A stretch of DNA of 63,452 nucleotides, filler included, from Anaerolineae bacterium (GTDB taxonomy: Bacteria > Chloroflexota > Anaerolineae > Epilineales > Epilineaceae): NCBI GenBank assembly GCA_029262755.1. It is 5 parts of 5 records of this genome, joined end to end, with 100 filler letters (N's around TTAATTAATTAA, not from the genome) between each part and the next. Parts side by side here need not be neighbours in the genome. Positions count along the whole stretch, not along the records: positions 26,323 to 44,054 come from JAJCYU010000071.1; positions 44,155 to 58,802 come from JAJCYU010000072.1; 3 more parts are not named here. One strand, 5' to 3'. Each line of letters opens with the position of its first letter. The first letter of the stretch is position 1. The translations under genes were made by a program, and so were the position numbers. The notes under the pieces are model-generated. The model had not been told where the DNA came from. It saw only the letters and a program-made list of their open reading frames with translations, and did no database searches. Positions 41,046-50,908 of the stretch are shown one piece after another.

Positions 41046-43538
41046 CTAGCGTCCCACACCCGCGAGGTAGCCCATCACGAAGATCGTCGGGGCCATGGAC
41101 TCGGCCACCGTGAACTCGTTGTAGACCGGCACGTAGGCCACGTCCACGAAGCGCTCAGCCGGCGGCCAAGCTGCGGGCGGCGGCCGGAGCGCGCCGAGGG
41201 CGGAGGCGAGGATGCCGTTGCTCTCTGTCTGATGGGAAGGCCCGTAAACCGGAATGCCCGGAACGGGCGCGTCCACGCCATCGCCGAGGCTCGGGTTGTG
41301 CAAGGGCCGGCGAACCGCCGTTTCACCGAGGCCCGTCACCCAAGAGCGCCCGCTTGGGTTCGCGCCGAGCTGCGCATCCAGCGAATGTGCTCCCAGCGAG
41401 AGGAGCGTGGCACGTCCGGTCGTGTCATCGGCCGCGAGCAGGTGCCGGCCGCGTAGTACCCACGCCGCTTGGGCCGGCGAGGTCAACGATCCGTAGCCGA
41501 CCGGCGCATAGGGGTGCTTCACCCAGCGGTTGCCGCTACGCTCCGCCCACGTGGACAGGGTATCGACCCGGCTCAGGAAGGCACTTCGAGCGTTGACCTG
41601 GCGTGCGCGGGTCTCTGCCGATAAGTCGCCGTCAACGCTGACGGACGACGCAAGCGCCCATAGCGCAGGCATCAACTCCCCTGGATCCCAAGGCGCCAGC
41701 GCCGCCGCGGCATCGTCCACCAGCGGCGCGTGCCGTGCGACGGCCTGCACATACGCCTCGTCGCCCGTGCTCTTGAACAGTTCGGCCGCCGCGTACGCGC
41801 CGAGCGCGCCGGCATCGTATGCATCGGGCGGATGCGCCTCCGCCCACGTCCATGCACGGACCGCCCGTTCCAGCCACGCTGCGGCGAGCGTTGGATTGTC
41901 CCCCGCCAGCGCGCGTGCGATCTTGGCCGCCGCGCCCGCGAAGCGATAGCTGCTGCGCGCGTCCTCCGCGTAGGCATACCACGTGGTGCCGGTATCGTCT
42001 TCGGGCATCATGGCCCACTCGGGATAGCCCGTGGTCTCGATCCCGGCCGGCACCCCACCGTCCTCGGCTCCTTGGTCGGCGTCGCCTTGCAGCTGCGCAT
42101 ACACGTCCAAGGCCCACAGCGCCTCGTCCAGCACATCCGCACGCCCGTTGCCGCTCTCCGGCAGGCCGAGGTCGTCGCGTTGTGCGAGCCAGGGCACCAG
42201 CTCGAATAAATCGACCAGCGCGTCGACGGAGGCGAGGTGGTCGATCCGGCGGTCGTAGTCGCCGGCGTCGTGATAGCCGCCGGTGGCCGTGACCACTTCG
42301 CCCGTTGCCTGCGCCGGCAGCGCCTCGAAGGCGTCGCCGCCTGTCACGTGAACATCGGCCGTGGTCAACGTGACCGGCGCTTGGTGGCAGATCGCGTGGG
42401 GCCAGTCCGTGAGCGAAGGCTCGAGTGCGGCGCCGCATCGCTGATGGAACAGGCCCCGGAACACGGCCGCAAAGGCATCATCGAGCGCGGTCTCCGCCAC
42501 GGTGAATGCATGCGATCGGCCCACCCCCTCCCAGCGCAAGTAATACGCGCCCGGCTCCAAACCGCCCAACGCCCCCTCGTACACGTTGGCCTGTGCGTAG
42601 TTGGCATCGTAGGCGTCTTCGCCCGCCTCGTCGTGCGCCCGTCGTAGCGTGAGCTCGCCCTGGCCAGCGATGTTGCCGCTCATCGCGTCGACGACCGCGA
42701 AGGTCCGCTCCCCCGCACCGAGTTCCAATGGAGGCAGTCCGGCGAGCCACGCGCTCATGTAGACGTGGCGCGACGTCGGTTCCGGGGCACCTGGGGCGCC
42801 TGCGGGCACTTCGGCATGCGGTGCACTCGGTCGATAGCCGACGACGTTCAGGTGTAGTGCCGCGGCGAGGTTGCGGTCGGGGTCGTGTAGAAGGCTCGAT
42901 GTCGCGCTGCCGCCTTGCCCATGAAGCCGGTAGGTATGGCCGGCAATCATCGGCGACGGCAATTCGACCAACAATTCGTATTCGACGACCGCGGGGAAGG
43001 GCCAACCCTGGGGGATCAGCGCCGCCGCGCGAGAGCGTGATGCAACGGCAACCGGCGAGCGCGGCATGCCGTAGGCAGGGTCGTCCGGCGAGTCGACCCA
43101 CCACGCATCGGCCCGCGGCGATGCGCCGGGGTCGGTCTCCCCCAACGTCAGCCGCAGGTGCCGAGCCGAGATCGCAGACAGAGGCCCCTCGATCGGCACC
43201 GTAGGGGTGGACGGTGATGCGGGCGTCGGCGGAACGGTCGACGTCGGCGTGAAGCGCGCCCCCGTCGGCGATGCGCCCGGCGATGCAGTCGCGGTCGCGG
43301 GAACCACGGTCCCGTCCCGCGCCTCCGATGTTGCCACGCTCCCAGGCGGCACCGTGACTCCGCGCAGCCCGAAGGGTAAGACGATCGTGGACGCCGACGC
43401 TTCGCCCGCCTGTCCCGTCGCCGGATGGGGCATGGAGCCGGCGGCCCACAAGAACGCGGCCAGCCCCGCCAGCCCCGCGAGCGCCGTGACCGCCAAGAAC
43501 GCCGTAGTCGCCGTCGACATTCGTGACGTGGCGCTCAT
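41046..43538 (-). CDS. Glycoside hydrolase family 9 with Ig-like N-domain
   Basis: HLNVVGY, FHQRCG, GGYHDAGDY, ESGNGRADVLDE, LGANPSGRSWVTG, PLHNPS, YNEFTV; N-terminal TM and P/T linker. Confidence 0.88.
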   Translation of the reverse strand: MSATSRMSTATTAFLAVTALAGLAGLAAFLWAAGSMPHPATGQAGEASASTIVLPFGLRGVTVPPGSVATSEARDGTVVPATATASPGASPTGARFTPTSTVPPTPASPSTPTVPIEGPLSAISARHLRLTLGETDPGASPRADAWWVDSPDDPAYGMPRSPVAVASRSRAAALIPQGWPFPAVVEYELLVELPSPMIAGHTYRLHGQGGSATSSLLHDPDRNLAAALHLNVVGYRPSAPHAEVPAGAPGAPEPTSRHVYMSAWLAGLPPLELGAGERTFAVVDAMSGNIAGQGELTLRRAHDEAGEDAYDANYAQANVYEGALGGLEPGAYYLRWEGVGRSHAFTVAETALDDAFAAVFRGLFHQRCGAALEPSLTDWPHAICHQAPVTLTTADVHVTGGDAFEALPAQATGEVVTATGGYHDAGDYDRRIDHLASVDALVDLFELVPWLAQRDDLGLPESGNGRADVLDEALWALDVYAQLQGDADQGAEDGGVPAGIETTGYPEWAMMPEDDTGTTWYAYAEDARSSYRFAGAAAKIARALAGDNPTLAAAWLERAVRAWTWAEAHPPDAYDAGALGAYAAAELFKSTGDEAYVQAVARHAPLVDDAAAALAPWDPGELMPALWALASSVSVDGDLSAETRARQVNARSAFLSRVDTLSTWAERSGNRWVKHPYAPVGYGSLTSPAQAAWVLRGRHLLAADDTTGRATLLSLGAHSLDAQLGANPSGRSWVTGLGETAVRRPLHNPSLGDGVDAPVPGIPVYGPSHQTESNGILASALGALRPPPAAWPPAERFVDVAYVPVYNEFTVAESMAPTIFVMGYLAGVGR

Positions 43539-43756
43539 ATCGAATCGAGGCCCGCGCCGGGTGGCGGCTCGTCGACGGCCGTATGGTCGCGGCCGCGCCG
43601 CACGAATTCGCATGACCCTAGGGTATCGCGCGAGCCGGTCGACGTCAGGTGCGGGGGCGAGCACCAAACCAACACGTGCGAACGTGGCCACGTGGAGGGC
43701 GAGCTGAGGCACACGCATTCGCGCACATCATGGGGCGCGCGGAGGTAGGTTCGCCG

Positions 43757-44054
43757 CCGCGCACGCCACCGTGGATGCAACCGCGAACGTCGCCGCGACC
43801 GCCGTCGCGCACGCCGCCGTGGATGCGACCGCGAACGTCGCCGCGACCGCCGTCGCGCACGCCACCGTGGATGCGACCGTGAACGTCGCTGCGACCGCCG
43901 TCGCGCAGGCCGCCGCCCTCGCGACCGCGAACGTTCCCCCGACCGCCGCCGCGCACGCCGCCGTGGATGCGACCGTGAACGTCGCCGCGACCGCCGTCGC
44001 GCACGCCGCCGTGGATGCGACCGTGAACGTCGCCCGACCGCCGTCGCGCACGCC
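43757..44054. repeat. 48-bp tandem repeat, about 6 copies, running into the contig end
   Basis: GTGGATGCGACCGYGAACGTCGCCGCGACCGCCGTCGCGCACGCCRCC starts at 43771, 43819, 43867, 43915 (degenerate), 43963 and 44011 (1-nt deletion). Confidence 0.92.
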
Positions 44055-44154
44055 NNNNNNNNNNNNNNNNNNNNNNNNNNNNNNNNNNNNNNNNNNNNTT
44101 AATTAATTAANNNNNNNNNNNNNNNNNNNNNNNNNNNNNNNNNNNNNNNNNNNN
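44055..44154. other. Artificial contig spacer
   Basis: N44-TTAATTAATTAA-N44. Confidence 0.98.
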
Positions 44155-44278
44155 TCTCTTCCTGGGTGACCGCGCCCTCGAAGCGTGCGACGGCGGCCGA
44201 AGCGGCCTTGGCCGCATCGGGCGCATTGGGCGCATTGGGCGCAGCAATGGTCTGGGTGCGAAGCTCGTCGCGGATCAT
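44155..44278 (-). CDS. N-terminal fragment of the gene after nuoB (probably NuoC or NuoCD)
   Basis: GAGGAG RBS and ATG 10 nt after the nuoB stop; identity inferred from position only. Confidence 0.45.
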
Positions 44279-44288
44279 CGTCGGCTCC

Positions 44289-45119
44289 TCAGCTGCCGGT
44301 TTCGCCGGCGGCGCGCTCGCGCCACACCGCGAGGCGTTCGGCCATCTCTTCCGAGATGCCGTCGTCGGCCGCAACGGCCTCGTTCACGGGTTCCGGCTCC
44401 GCCGGCATGTCGCCCGCGGCCATCGCCCGCGCCTGCAATGCGGGCACCGTGCGCAGATCGACAAGGTCGGGACCGAGCACGGGAATCGGAATCTCGCCGA
44501 CCGGAGCGCGCCCATACCACGAAACGTCGCGGATCGTTTGCCCGTCGATCTTGCGCTGCAAGGTCATCAGACCGTGAAGGAGAGCCTGTGGCGTCGGCGG
44601 GCAGCCGGGTACATACACATCGACCGGAAGAAATTTGTCGATGCCGCTCACCACGTTGTAGCCCTCTTTGAAGGGACCGCCGCCCGTGGCGCACGCCCCC
44701 ATGGAAAGGCAGTAGCGTGGCTCGGGCATCTGGTTCCAGAGTCGTACGATCTGCGGCACCATCTTCTTGGTGACGGTGCCCGAAACGATCATCAGATCGG
44801 CCTGCCGCGGGCTCGGGCGAAACAGCCCCGCTCCGAAGCGGTCGATGTCGTAGCGGCTGGCCGCCGTCGAAATCATCTCGATCGCACAGCATGCAAGCCC
44901 GAACTGCATCGGCCAGATGCTGGACCGACGGCCCCAGTTGTAGAGCTTGTCGACCATGCCCACCGCCCTGTCTAGGGTCGTGACCATGACGTTCTGCTCG
45001 ACCTGTTGCTGGATGAAGCTGTCGTCTTCGGCAAAACGTGCGACGTAGCTCTGCCAGGACTCCAGCACGTCCGGGTCAATCGTGGGTGTGTGGAATCGGG
45101 ATGCCTGGTCGTCGACCAT
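44289..45119 (-). CDS. nuoB: NADH-quinone oxidoreductase subunit B
   Basis: [46 protein letters not shown]. Confidence 0.96.
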   Translation of the reverse strand: MVDDQASRFHTPTIDPDVLESWQSYVARFAEDDSFIQQQVEQNVMVTTLDRAVGMVDKLYNWGRRSSIWPMQFGLACCAIEMISTAASRYDIDRFGAGLFRPSPRQADLMIVSGTVTKKMVPQIVRLWNQMPEPRYCLSMGACATGGGPFKEGYNVVSGIDKFLPVDVYVPGCPPTPQALLHGLMTLQRKIDGQTIRDVSWYGRAPVGEIPIPVLGPDLVDLRTVPALQARAMAAGDMPAEPEPVNEAVAADDGISEEMAERLAVWRERAAGETGS

Positions 45120-45240
45120 GGATCTGCCTTCGCTATCGTGCGGCACAAGGTATCTCGGCAATCGGGGCGGATTATAAGAAGGCTCGTGATCTCGGTCAAA
45201 GCTCCGGAGTACGGATTCGCGCTGGCACCGAGGTTCGGGG

Positions 45241-46425
45241 TCAGCGCGGCGCGGAAGCACGTCGCGAGGCTTCGATGAGTCGAGGTAGGACATCCAGCAC
45301 GTGGTCGATGTCGGAGCCCGTGCTGTCGCGCCCCAATGTGAAGCGCAGCGCGCCGCGCGCTGCGTCCGCCGGTAGGTTCATGGCCTCGAGAACGTACGAC
45401 GGTTCCACGATGCCCGCGGCACATGCAGCGCCGCTCGATGCGCAGATGCCGCGCATGTCCAGGCCGAGCAGCAGAAGATCCGCCGCGACGCCCTCCACGG
45501 TAATGCTGGCATGATGCGGCATGCGCCGCACGGGATGTCCGCTGAGCGCTACGCCGGGAAGCGCCAGCAGACCGGCCAGCAGCCGGTCGCGCAGTTCGGT
45601 CACGCGTTGTATGACGCTGTCGCGATCCTGCGCGACCCAGCGCAGGGCCGCCGCGAGCCCCACCGCGCCTGCCACGTTCTCGGTACCAGCCCGGCGTCCG
45701 CGCTCCTGCCCGCCGCCGGTCTGCACGGCACGCAGCGGTACGCCGTCACGGGCATACAACAAGCCGACCCCTTTGGGCCCGTAGAACTTATGGGCGGATA
45801 GGCTCAGCATGTCCACGCCAAGCTCGTCCATGTCCAGCGCCGTCCATAGGGGGGTCTGAACCGCGTCCGTGTGCAGCAGCACATCGTGCCCACCGTCGCG
45901 CAGCGCTGCCGCCAACGCACGCACCGGCTGGAGGCTACCCACCTCGTTGTTGGCAAGCATCACGGACACGAGACTCGTCTCGGGCCGAATCGCGCGCAAC
46001 ACCTCCTCCACGCCGACACAGCCATACTGGTCGACCCCGACCACCGTGAGCGAGAACCCGTCGTTCTCCATGTCGCGCGCCGTGTGGAGTACGGCCTCGT
46101 GCTCGATCGCCGTCGTCACGACATGGTGTCCGCGGCCGCGTTTGCGCATCTCGGCGGCGGCGCCGCGAACCGCCAGATTGTCGCTCTCGGAGCCGCCGGA
46201 GGTGAACACCAACTCGTGCGGAGCGCAGCCAAGTTCGGCCGCGCACGCGGATCGAGCGCCCTCCAAGGCCGCACGCGCCGAGCGCCCGAGGGCGTGTGAG
46301 GCCGATGCGTTGCCGTACTGCTCCAAGAGCACCGGCCGCATCGCATCCAACACGGGCTGCGCGATCGGCGTCGTCGCCGAGTGATCGAGGTAGATGGGCT
46401 TGGACGGCACGGGGGCCTCGGTCAC
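45241..46425 (-). CDS. iscS: Cysteine desulfurase (IscS/NifS family)
   Basis: [48 protein letters not shown]. Confidence 0.94.
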   Translation of the reverse strand: MTEAPVPSKPIYLDHSATTPIAQPVLDAMRPVLLEQYGNASASHALGRSARAALEGARSACAAELGCAPHELVFTSGGSESDNLAVRGAAAEMRKRGRGHHVVTTAIEHEAVLHTARDMENDGFSLTVVGVDQYGCVGVEEVLRAIRPETSLVSVMLANNEVGSLQPVRALAAALRDGGHDVLLHTDAVQTPLWTALDMDELGVDMLSLSAHKFYGPKGVGLLYARDGVPLRAVQTGGGQERGRRAGTENVAGAVGLAAALRWVAQDRDSVIQRVTELRDRLLAGLLALPGVALSGHPVRRMPHHASITVEGVAADLLLLGLDMRGICASSGAACAAGIVEPSYVLEAMNLPADAARGALRFTLGRDSTGSDIDHVLDVLPRLIEASRRASAPR

Positions 46426-46537
46426 GCGGTATCATCTCCAGTGCGGCCGCAGGCTGCGCGCGGGCGAGACCGATTGTAGGCTGCGGCGAGGTCCTTGCGG
46501 AAGCGCGGTGTGCCCTCGCGCCCGGGAGGCCAGACTC

Positions 46538-46543
46538 TATAAT
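46538..46543 (+). promoter_or_regulatory. TATAAT -10 box 6 nt before mvk ATG (leaderless-type)
   Basis: TATAAT-CGCGCC-ATG; no Shine-Dalgarno. Confidence 0.55.
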
Positions 46544-46549
46544 CGCGCC

Positions 46550-47611
46550 ATGACACCCTCATTCCCGCCCGAAGCAGAGCAGGGCGCCCCGCTGGGCACC
46601 GGCAGTGCAGGGGGCAAGGTCATCATCGTCGGGGAGCATGTCGTGCTGCACGGCTCACCGGCGATCGCGGTGCCCGTGCCCACGGTTTGCGCCACAGCGT
46701 CGGTATGGCCCAAGTTCGAGGAATCGATTGCCGGAGAGCGCCTGCGCATCGAAGCGCACTTTCCCCCCGGAACGGGACGCGAGCCGTTGCATCTCGGCCT
46801 GCACGACACGGGTCCGCTGCCCGCCGTCGCGAACGCAGCGCTGCGGCTGCTCGGGTTGGACGACGCTCCGTGGCAGGTCATGTTGGAGAGCAGTGTGCCG
46901 CCCGGACGGGGCATGGGCTCCAGCGGAGCCGTCTCCGTAGCGCTGGCGCGTGCGCTGTTGTCCGCGGGCGGTGCGCGCGATCCACAACGCGTCGCGTCGG
47001 CGGCGCTGGCCGGTGAGCGTGCCGTCCACGGGACCCCGAGCGGGATCGACCACCATACGATCCTCACCGGCCTACCGACCTGGCTCGAGCACGGACAGTT
47101 TGAGTCGCTCCGCGTCGACGCTCCCCTGACCTTGCTCATCGGCGACAGCGGTGAGCGCAATTCCACGGGTGCGCTGATCGCCGATCTCGGTCGCCGCAGG
47201 GAACGCCGCCCGCAGAGCCACGTGCGGTGGGCGGATCGCATCCGGACGATTGCCTACGACGCCCGCCGGGCCATGGCGCGGGGCGACGTCGCGCTGCTCG
47301 GCCGTGCGCTCGACGCCAACCACCTCGTGCTCCAGGCCATGCGGTTATCCACACCCGGCCTCAATGGGCTGATCGCCGCCGCACGGCATGCCGGCGCCGC
47401 GGGCGCGAAGCTCTCGGGCGCGGGCGGCGGCGGCGTCATGATCGCGCTGGTGACGCCCACGTCCGAAGACGACGTCCACACGGCCATGGAGCAGGCCGGC
47501 GCGCTCGCCGTCTGGCGCGTGGTTGTCCCCCGCACGGACGATACAGCCAAAACCGCCGACGCGGCTCGTGGCGGCAAAACCGCCTCGAATCCCGGAGCGG
47601 CGCGCGAATGA
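46550..47611 (+). CDS. mvk: Mevalonate kinase
   Basis: GKVIIVGEHVVLHG, PPGRGMGSSGA, HGTPSGID, GAKLSGAGGGG (GHMP kinase). Confidence 0.92.
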   Translation: MTPSFPPEAEQGAPLGTGSAGGKVIIVGEHVVLHGSPAIAVPVPTVCATASVWPKFEESIAGERLRIEAHFPPGTGREPLHLGLHDTGPLPAVANAALRLLGLDDAPWQVMLESSVPPGRGMGSSGAVSVALARALLSAGGARDPQRVASAALAGERAVHGTPSGIDHHTILTGLPTWLEHGQFESLRVDAPLTLLIGDSGERNSTGALIADLGRRRERRPQSHVRWADRIRTIAYDARRAMARGDVALLGRALDANHLVLQAMRLSTPGLNGLIAAARHAGAAGAKLSGAGGGGVMIALVTPTSEDDVHTAMEQAGALAVWRVVVPRTDDTAKTADAARGGKTASNPGAARE

Positions 47612-48462
47612 GCACACGCGACCTGCGACGACCGGTGTTTCTGAAACTCGGTGGCGCGCTGCTGACCGACAAGACCGGCCACGAGGATCCGCGCCTCGAT
47701 GTTCTTGCCCGCTTGGCTTCGGAAGTCGCGTCATCCCGGGAGCGTGCGGGAACCGGAGACTCCGCGCTGGAGCATGCTCTCGATGCGCCCCCGTTGCTCA
47801 TCGCCCACGGCAGCGGTTCGTTCGCGCATCGCGCGGTCCGCGACAGTGCCTTTCTCGAGCACCCTTCGGACCCGGTTGCGTTTGCCCACGTGGCCGACGC
47901 CGCGGCACGCCTCCATCGCCTCGTCGTGCGCGCCCTGCTCGATGCGGGCCTACCCGCCGTCGGTATCCCGGGTGGTGCGATCGCCTACGGATGGAACGGC
48001 CGCGTCGCGCACGTGGAATCGGACGCGGTTCGAGCACATCTGGCCGCGGGTCGCGTGCCGGTGACGTACGGCGACGTGGCCCTCGACGTGACGCGCGGGG
48101 CCACGATCGCAAGCACGGAGCCACTACTCTGCGGCCTGGCCGATAGCCTGGCACCTCGTCATATCGTGCTTGCGACCGATGTCGACGGCATCTTCGACCG
48201 CGATCCGGCCGGCGATCCATCGGCTAGGCCTCTGCCGCTGGTCACGCCTTCGATCTTGGATTCCATCGAGCTCGACGTACGGCGTAGCGACGTCACGGAC
48301 GTAACCGGCGGCATGGCTTCCAAAGTGCGCTGGATGCTCCAGCTCGCCGCACGACTGCCGGATACCCAGATCCGCGTGGTGTCCGGTCTGCGATCGGGCG
48401 CCGTCCGCGCGGCCTTGCAGGGCGCGGACGATGCCGGGGGCACGAGGATCGCCGCGCGCTAG
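47608..48462 (+). CDS. ipk: Isopentenyl phosphate kinase (amino-acid kinase fold)
   Basis: LKLGGALLTDK, HGSGSFAH (IPK His motif), PVTYGD, DVDGIF, DVTGGMASK; ATGA overlap with mvk. Confidence 0.9.
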   Translation: MSTRDLRRPVFLKLGGALLTDKTGHEDPRLDVLARLASEVASSRERAGTGDSALEHALDAPPLLIAHGSGSFAHRAVRDSAFLEHPSDPVAFAHVADAAARLHRLVVRALLDAGLPAVGIPGGAIAYGWNGRVAHVESDAVRAHLAAGRVPVTYGDVALDVTRGATIASTEPLLCGLADSLAPRHIVLATDVDGIFDRDPAGDPSARPLPLVTPSILDSIELDVRRSDVTDVTGGMASKVRWMLQLAARLPDTQIRVVSGLRSGAVRAALQGADDAGGTRIAAR

Positions 48463-48499
48463 CAGGCGGGACGTGCGCCCCTCCTGCTATCATCGCGCC

Positions 48500-49501
48500 A
48501 TGTCCGAGCCAACACACCTCGCAGCGACCGCTTCCGCGCCTTCCAACATCGCGTTCCTCAAATACTGGGGGAACGTGAACGAGGGACTGCGTTTGCCCTA
48601 CAACCCCAGCCTGTCGATGAACCTCGACGCGGCGACGACCACGACCACGGTCCGCTTCGATCCGGGACTCAACGTAGACAGCCTGTCCATTGACGATGAG
48701 GCGCGGCGCGGTGCGGCGCTCACGCGCGTTGGTCAACACCTCGACCATATTCGCGCGCGCGCCGACATCAGCCATCGCGCACACGTTCGGTCGCACAACA
48801 CCTTCCCGATGGGCACCGGCATCGCATCGTCCGCCTCGGCGTTTGCCGCGCTGACGGTGGCCGCAACAGCGGCCGCTGGGCTCCCGCTCGACGAGAAGGT
48901 GCAGAGCGCCATCGCGCGACGTGGATCGGGATCGGCCGCGCGCTCGGTGCCCGACGGCTTCGTCGCGTGGCGTGCCGCGGCCCGGAGTGAGGACTCCTTT
49001 GCGGAGTCCATCCACCCTCCGGACCATTGGGACCTACGCGACCTGGTCGCCGTGGTCAGCCACGCTCACAAAGAGGTCGGTTCGGGCGGGGGCCATGCCC
49101 TCGCGGCGGCCTCCCCCTTCTTCGCGGCACGCCAACGCCACCTGTTGGGACGCTATCTAGCGATGCGGGACGCGCTTGCCGCGCGAGACCTGGCCGCGCT
49201 CGGCCCGCTCATCGAGGCCGAGGCCCTCGAGCTGCACGCGATCGCGATGACGAGCCGGCCGCCCGTCCTCTACTGGGACGGGGCTACGGTCGCGCTCCTC
49301 AACGCAACGCGGAGATGGCGGGACGAAGGATTGGCCGTGTACTTCACGCTGGACGCGGGCCCAAACGTCCACCTGCTCTGCGAAGCGCACGACGCCGACG
49401 ATCTCGAACGCGCCCTGCAGGCTCGCGGGGACGTCGAGCGGGTATTGCACAATCGCCCGGCCTACGGCGCCCGACTTGTGGCCCCGTCCGCCGCGGCATG
49501 A
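48500..49501 (+). CDS. mvaD: MvaD-family decarboxylase, probably mevalonate-5-phosphate decarboxylase
   Basis: SNIAFLKYWGN, GIASSASAFAAL, RRGSGSAARS, YFTLDAGPNVH; preceded by TGC-TATCAT-CGCGCC-ATG. Confidence 0.9.
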   Translation: MSEPTHLAATASAPSNIAFLKYWGNVNEGLRLPYNPSLSMNLDAATTTTTVRFDPGLNVDSLSIDDEARRGAALTRVGQHLDHIRARADISHRAHVRSHNTFPMGTGIASSASAFAALTVAATAAAGLPLDEKVQSAIARRGSGSAARSVPDGFVAWRAAARSEDSFAESIHPPDHWDLRDLVAVVSHAHKEVGSGGGHALAAASPFFAARQRHLLGRYLAMRDALAARDLAALGPLIEAEALELHAIAMTSRPPVLYWDGATVALLNATRRWRDEGLAVYFTLDAGPNVHLLCEAHDADDLERALQARGDVERVLHNRPAYGARLVAPSAAA

Positions 49502-49528
49502 AGGAGGCCCATCATCGAGCACATCGCC

Positions 49529-50188
49529 GTGGATCCCGATACGTTGGACGATGCAGCGCGTCACAAGATGACCATCGGGACGATTCTTCCCCGCCCCATT
49601 GCATGGACGACAACGCAGAACCAGGCGGGCGTGGTCAACGTGGCGCCCTTCAGCTACTTCATGGGCTGCCATTCCTATCTGCCGGCATTGGCGCTGAGCG
49701 TCGGTAGCCGGCGCGATGTGCCCGGCATGCCCAAGGACACCGCCGCGAACATCCTTTCAACGGGCGAGTTTGTCGTGAACCTTGTCGACGAAGCGCTGGC
49801 GGAGGCCATGAATCAGAGCGCGGCCGCGTTCCCGCCCGATGTCGGCGAGGCGGAGGCCGTGGGAATCGAACTGGCCCCGAGCGTCAAGGTCGATGTCGCG
49901 CGTGTCGCGGCCAGCCCGATCAGCATCGAGTGCCGCCTGCTTCACAGCTTGACGCTCGGCGAGGCCCCGCTGGCATCGACGCTCATCGTCGGCCGGATCG
50001 TGATGTGGCACGTGCGCGCCGACCTGCTCGACCCGGCGTATCGAATCGACCAGGCCGCGGTGCAGCCGATCGCGCGCATGGGCGGCCCCAACTACGTGCA
50101 TGCTCGCGATCCGTGGACGATGGCCATTCCCGATTGGCGCGACGTCGTGGACCGCGGACCGTCGGACGCGGATACGTCGGACACGTAG
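49529..50188 (+). CDS. Flavin reductase-like (DIM6/NTAB) FMN-binding protein
   Basis: PRPIAW, NVAPFSYF, KDTAANI, EFVVN, PIARMGG. Confidence 0.88.
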   Translation: MDPDTLDDAARHKMTIGTILPRPIAWTTTQNQAGVVNVAPFSYFMGCHSYLPALALSVGSRRDVPGMPKDTAANILSTGEFVVNLVDEALAEAMNQSAAAFPPDVGEAEAVGIELAPSVKVDVARVAASPISIECRLLHSLTLGEAPLASTLIVGRIVMWHVRADLLDPAYRIDQAAVQPIARMGGPNYVHARDPWTMAIPDWRDVVDRGPSDADTSDT

Positions 50189-50402
50189 GTTCACCGGCCG
50201 GTAGGTCGGCCTGGCAGCGAGCACTGTGAAGGCCCGGCATCCGTCACGGTGCGGGCCGGTAGCACGGTCCGGGCCTGTCAACACGTTGCGGCCGGAAAGC
50301 ACGGTGCGCGCCTGCGAGCTACCTCCCTCCGTACCGCGTTGGCCCCGGCCGTCCGTGATTGACGTCTCCGCTCCTCTTCGCGCCACGCACCGTGCGCCGC
50401 CG

Positions 50403-50858
50403 TTACGTCAAGTCCGGCTCGCTCCGCAGCCACGGATGATGGCGGGCGGCCAGCGCCAAGCGCGGCACGTCCGGCGAATGAGGCAGCGCGGCGACGGCAC
50501 CGAGGTGCACCCATCGGGCCGCCTCCGCGTCGTCGCCCGCGCGGAGGCGGCCGCCGGCGACGCGCACGAGATGGTGGTGCAGAAGCCAGAGGCAGATCGG
50601 AGTGCCTTCTGTGTCGCGCTGTACGTACTCGGTCACGTCGAGACATGGACCCACGTCGACCCGTAGGCCGCATTCTTCCCGCAGCTCCCGCCGCACCCCT
50701 TCCTCGACCGTCTCGCTCGCTTCCAACCGGCCGCCTGGGAACGCCCACGTTCCGCGTGCCGGGGCGTTGGCGCGCAGCACGAGCAGCACCGCATTGTCCC
50801 GCAGGGCGATCCCCGTCATCCCGATGCGCGGCGACGCGAACGACGGCGATGTCTCCAT
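50403..50858 (-). CDS. Nudix hydrolase (ADP-ribose pyrophosphatase-like)
   Basis: WAFPGGRLEASETVEEGVRRELREECGL, AGDDAEAARW. Confidence 0.88.
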   Translation of the reverse strand: METSPSFASPRIGMTGIALRDNAVLLVLRANAPARGTWAFPGGRLEASETVEEGVRRELREECGLRVDVGPCLDVTEYVQRDTEGTPICLWLLHHHLVRVAGGRLRAGDDAEAARWVHLGAVAALPHSPDVPRLALAARHHPWLRSEPDLT

Positions 50859-50908
50859 GATCGTACTCCCTCTTGACCGGCCGGTGGCCGAGCCTATCCT
50901 TGCCGGCC

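Noticed and set aside
43757..44054. Possible CRISPR array
   Set aside because: Units are contiguous with no unique spacers, and no cas genes are present
49529..50858. Flavin reductase or Nudix gene as the missing IPP isomerase of the mevalonate cluster
   Set aside because: Neither shows IDI-1 or IDI-2 motifs; the Nudix gene is convergent and has a generic Nudix box
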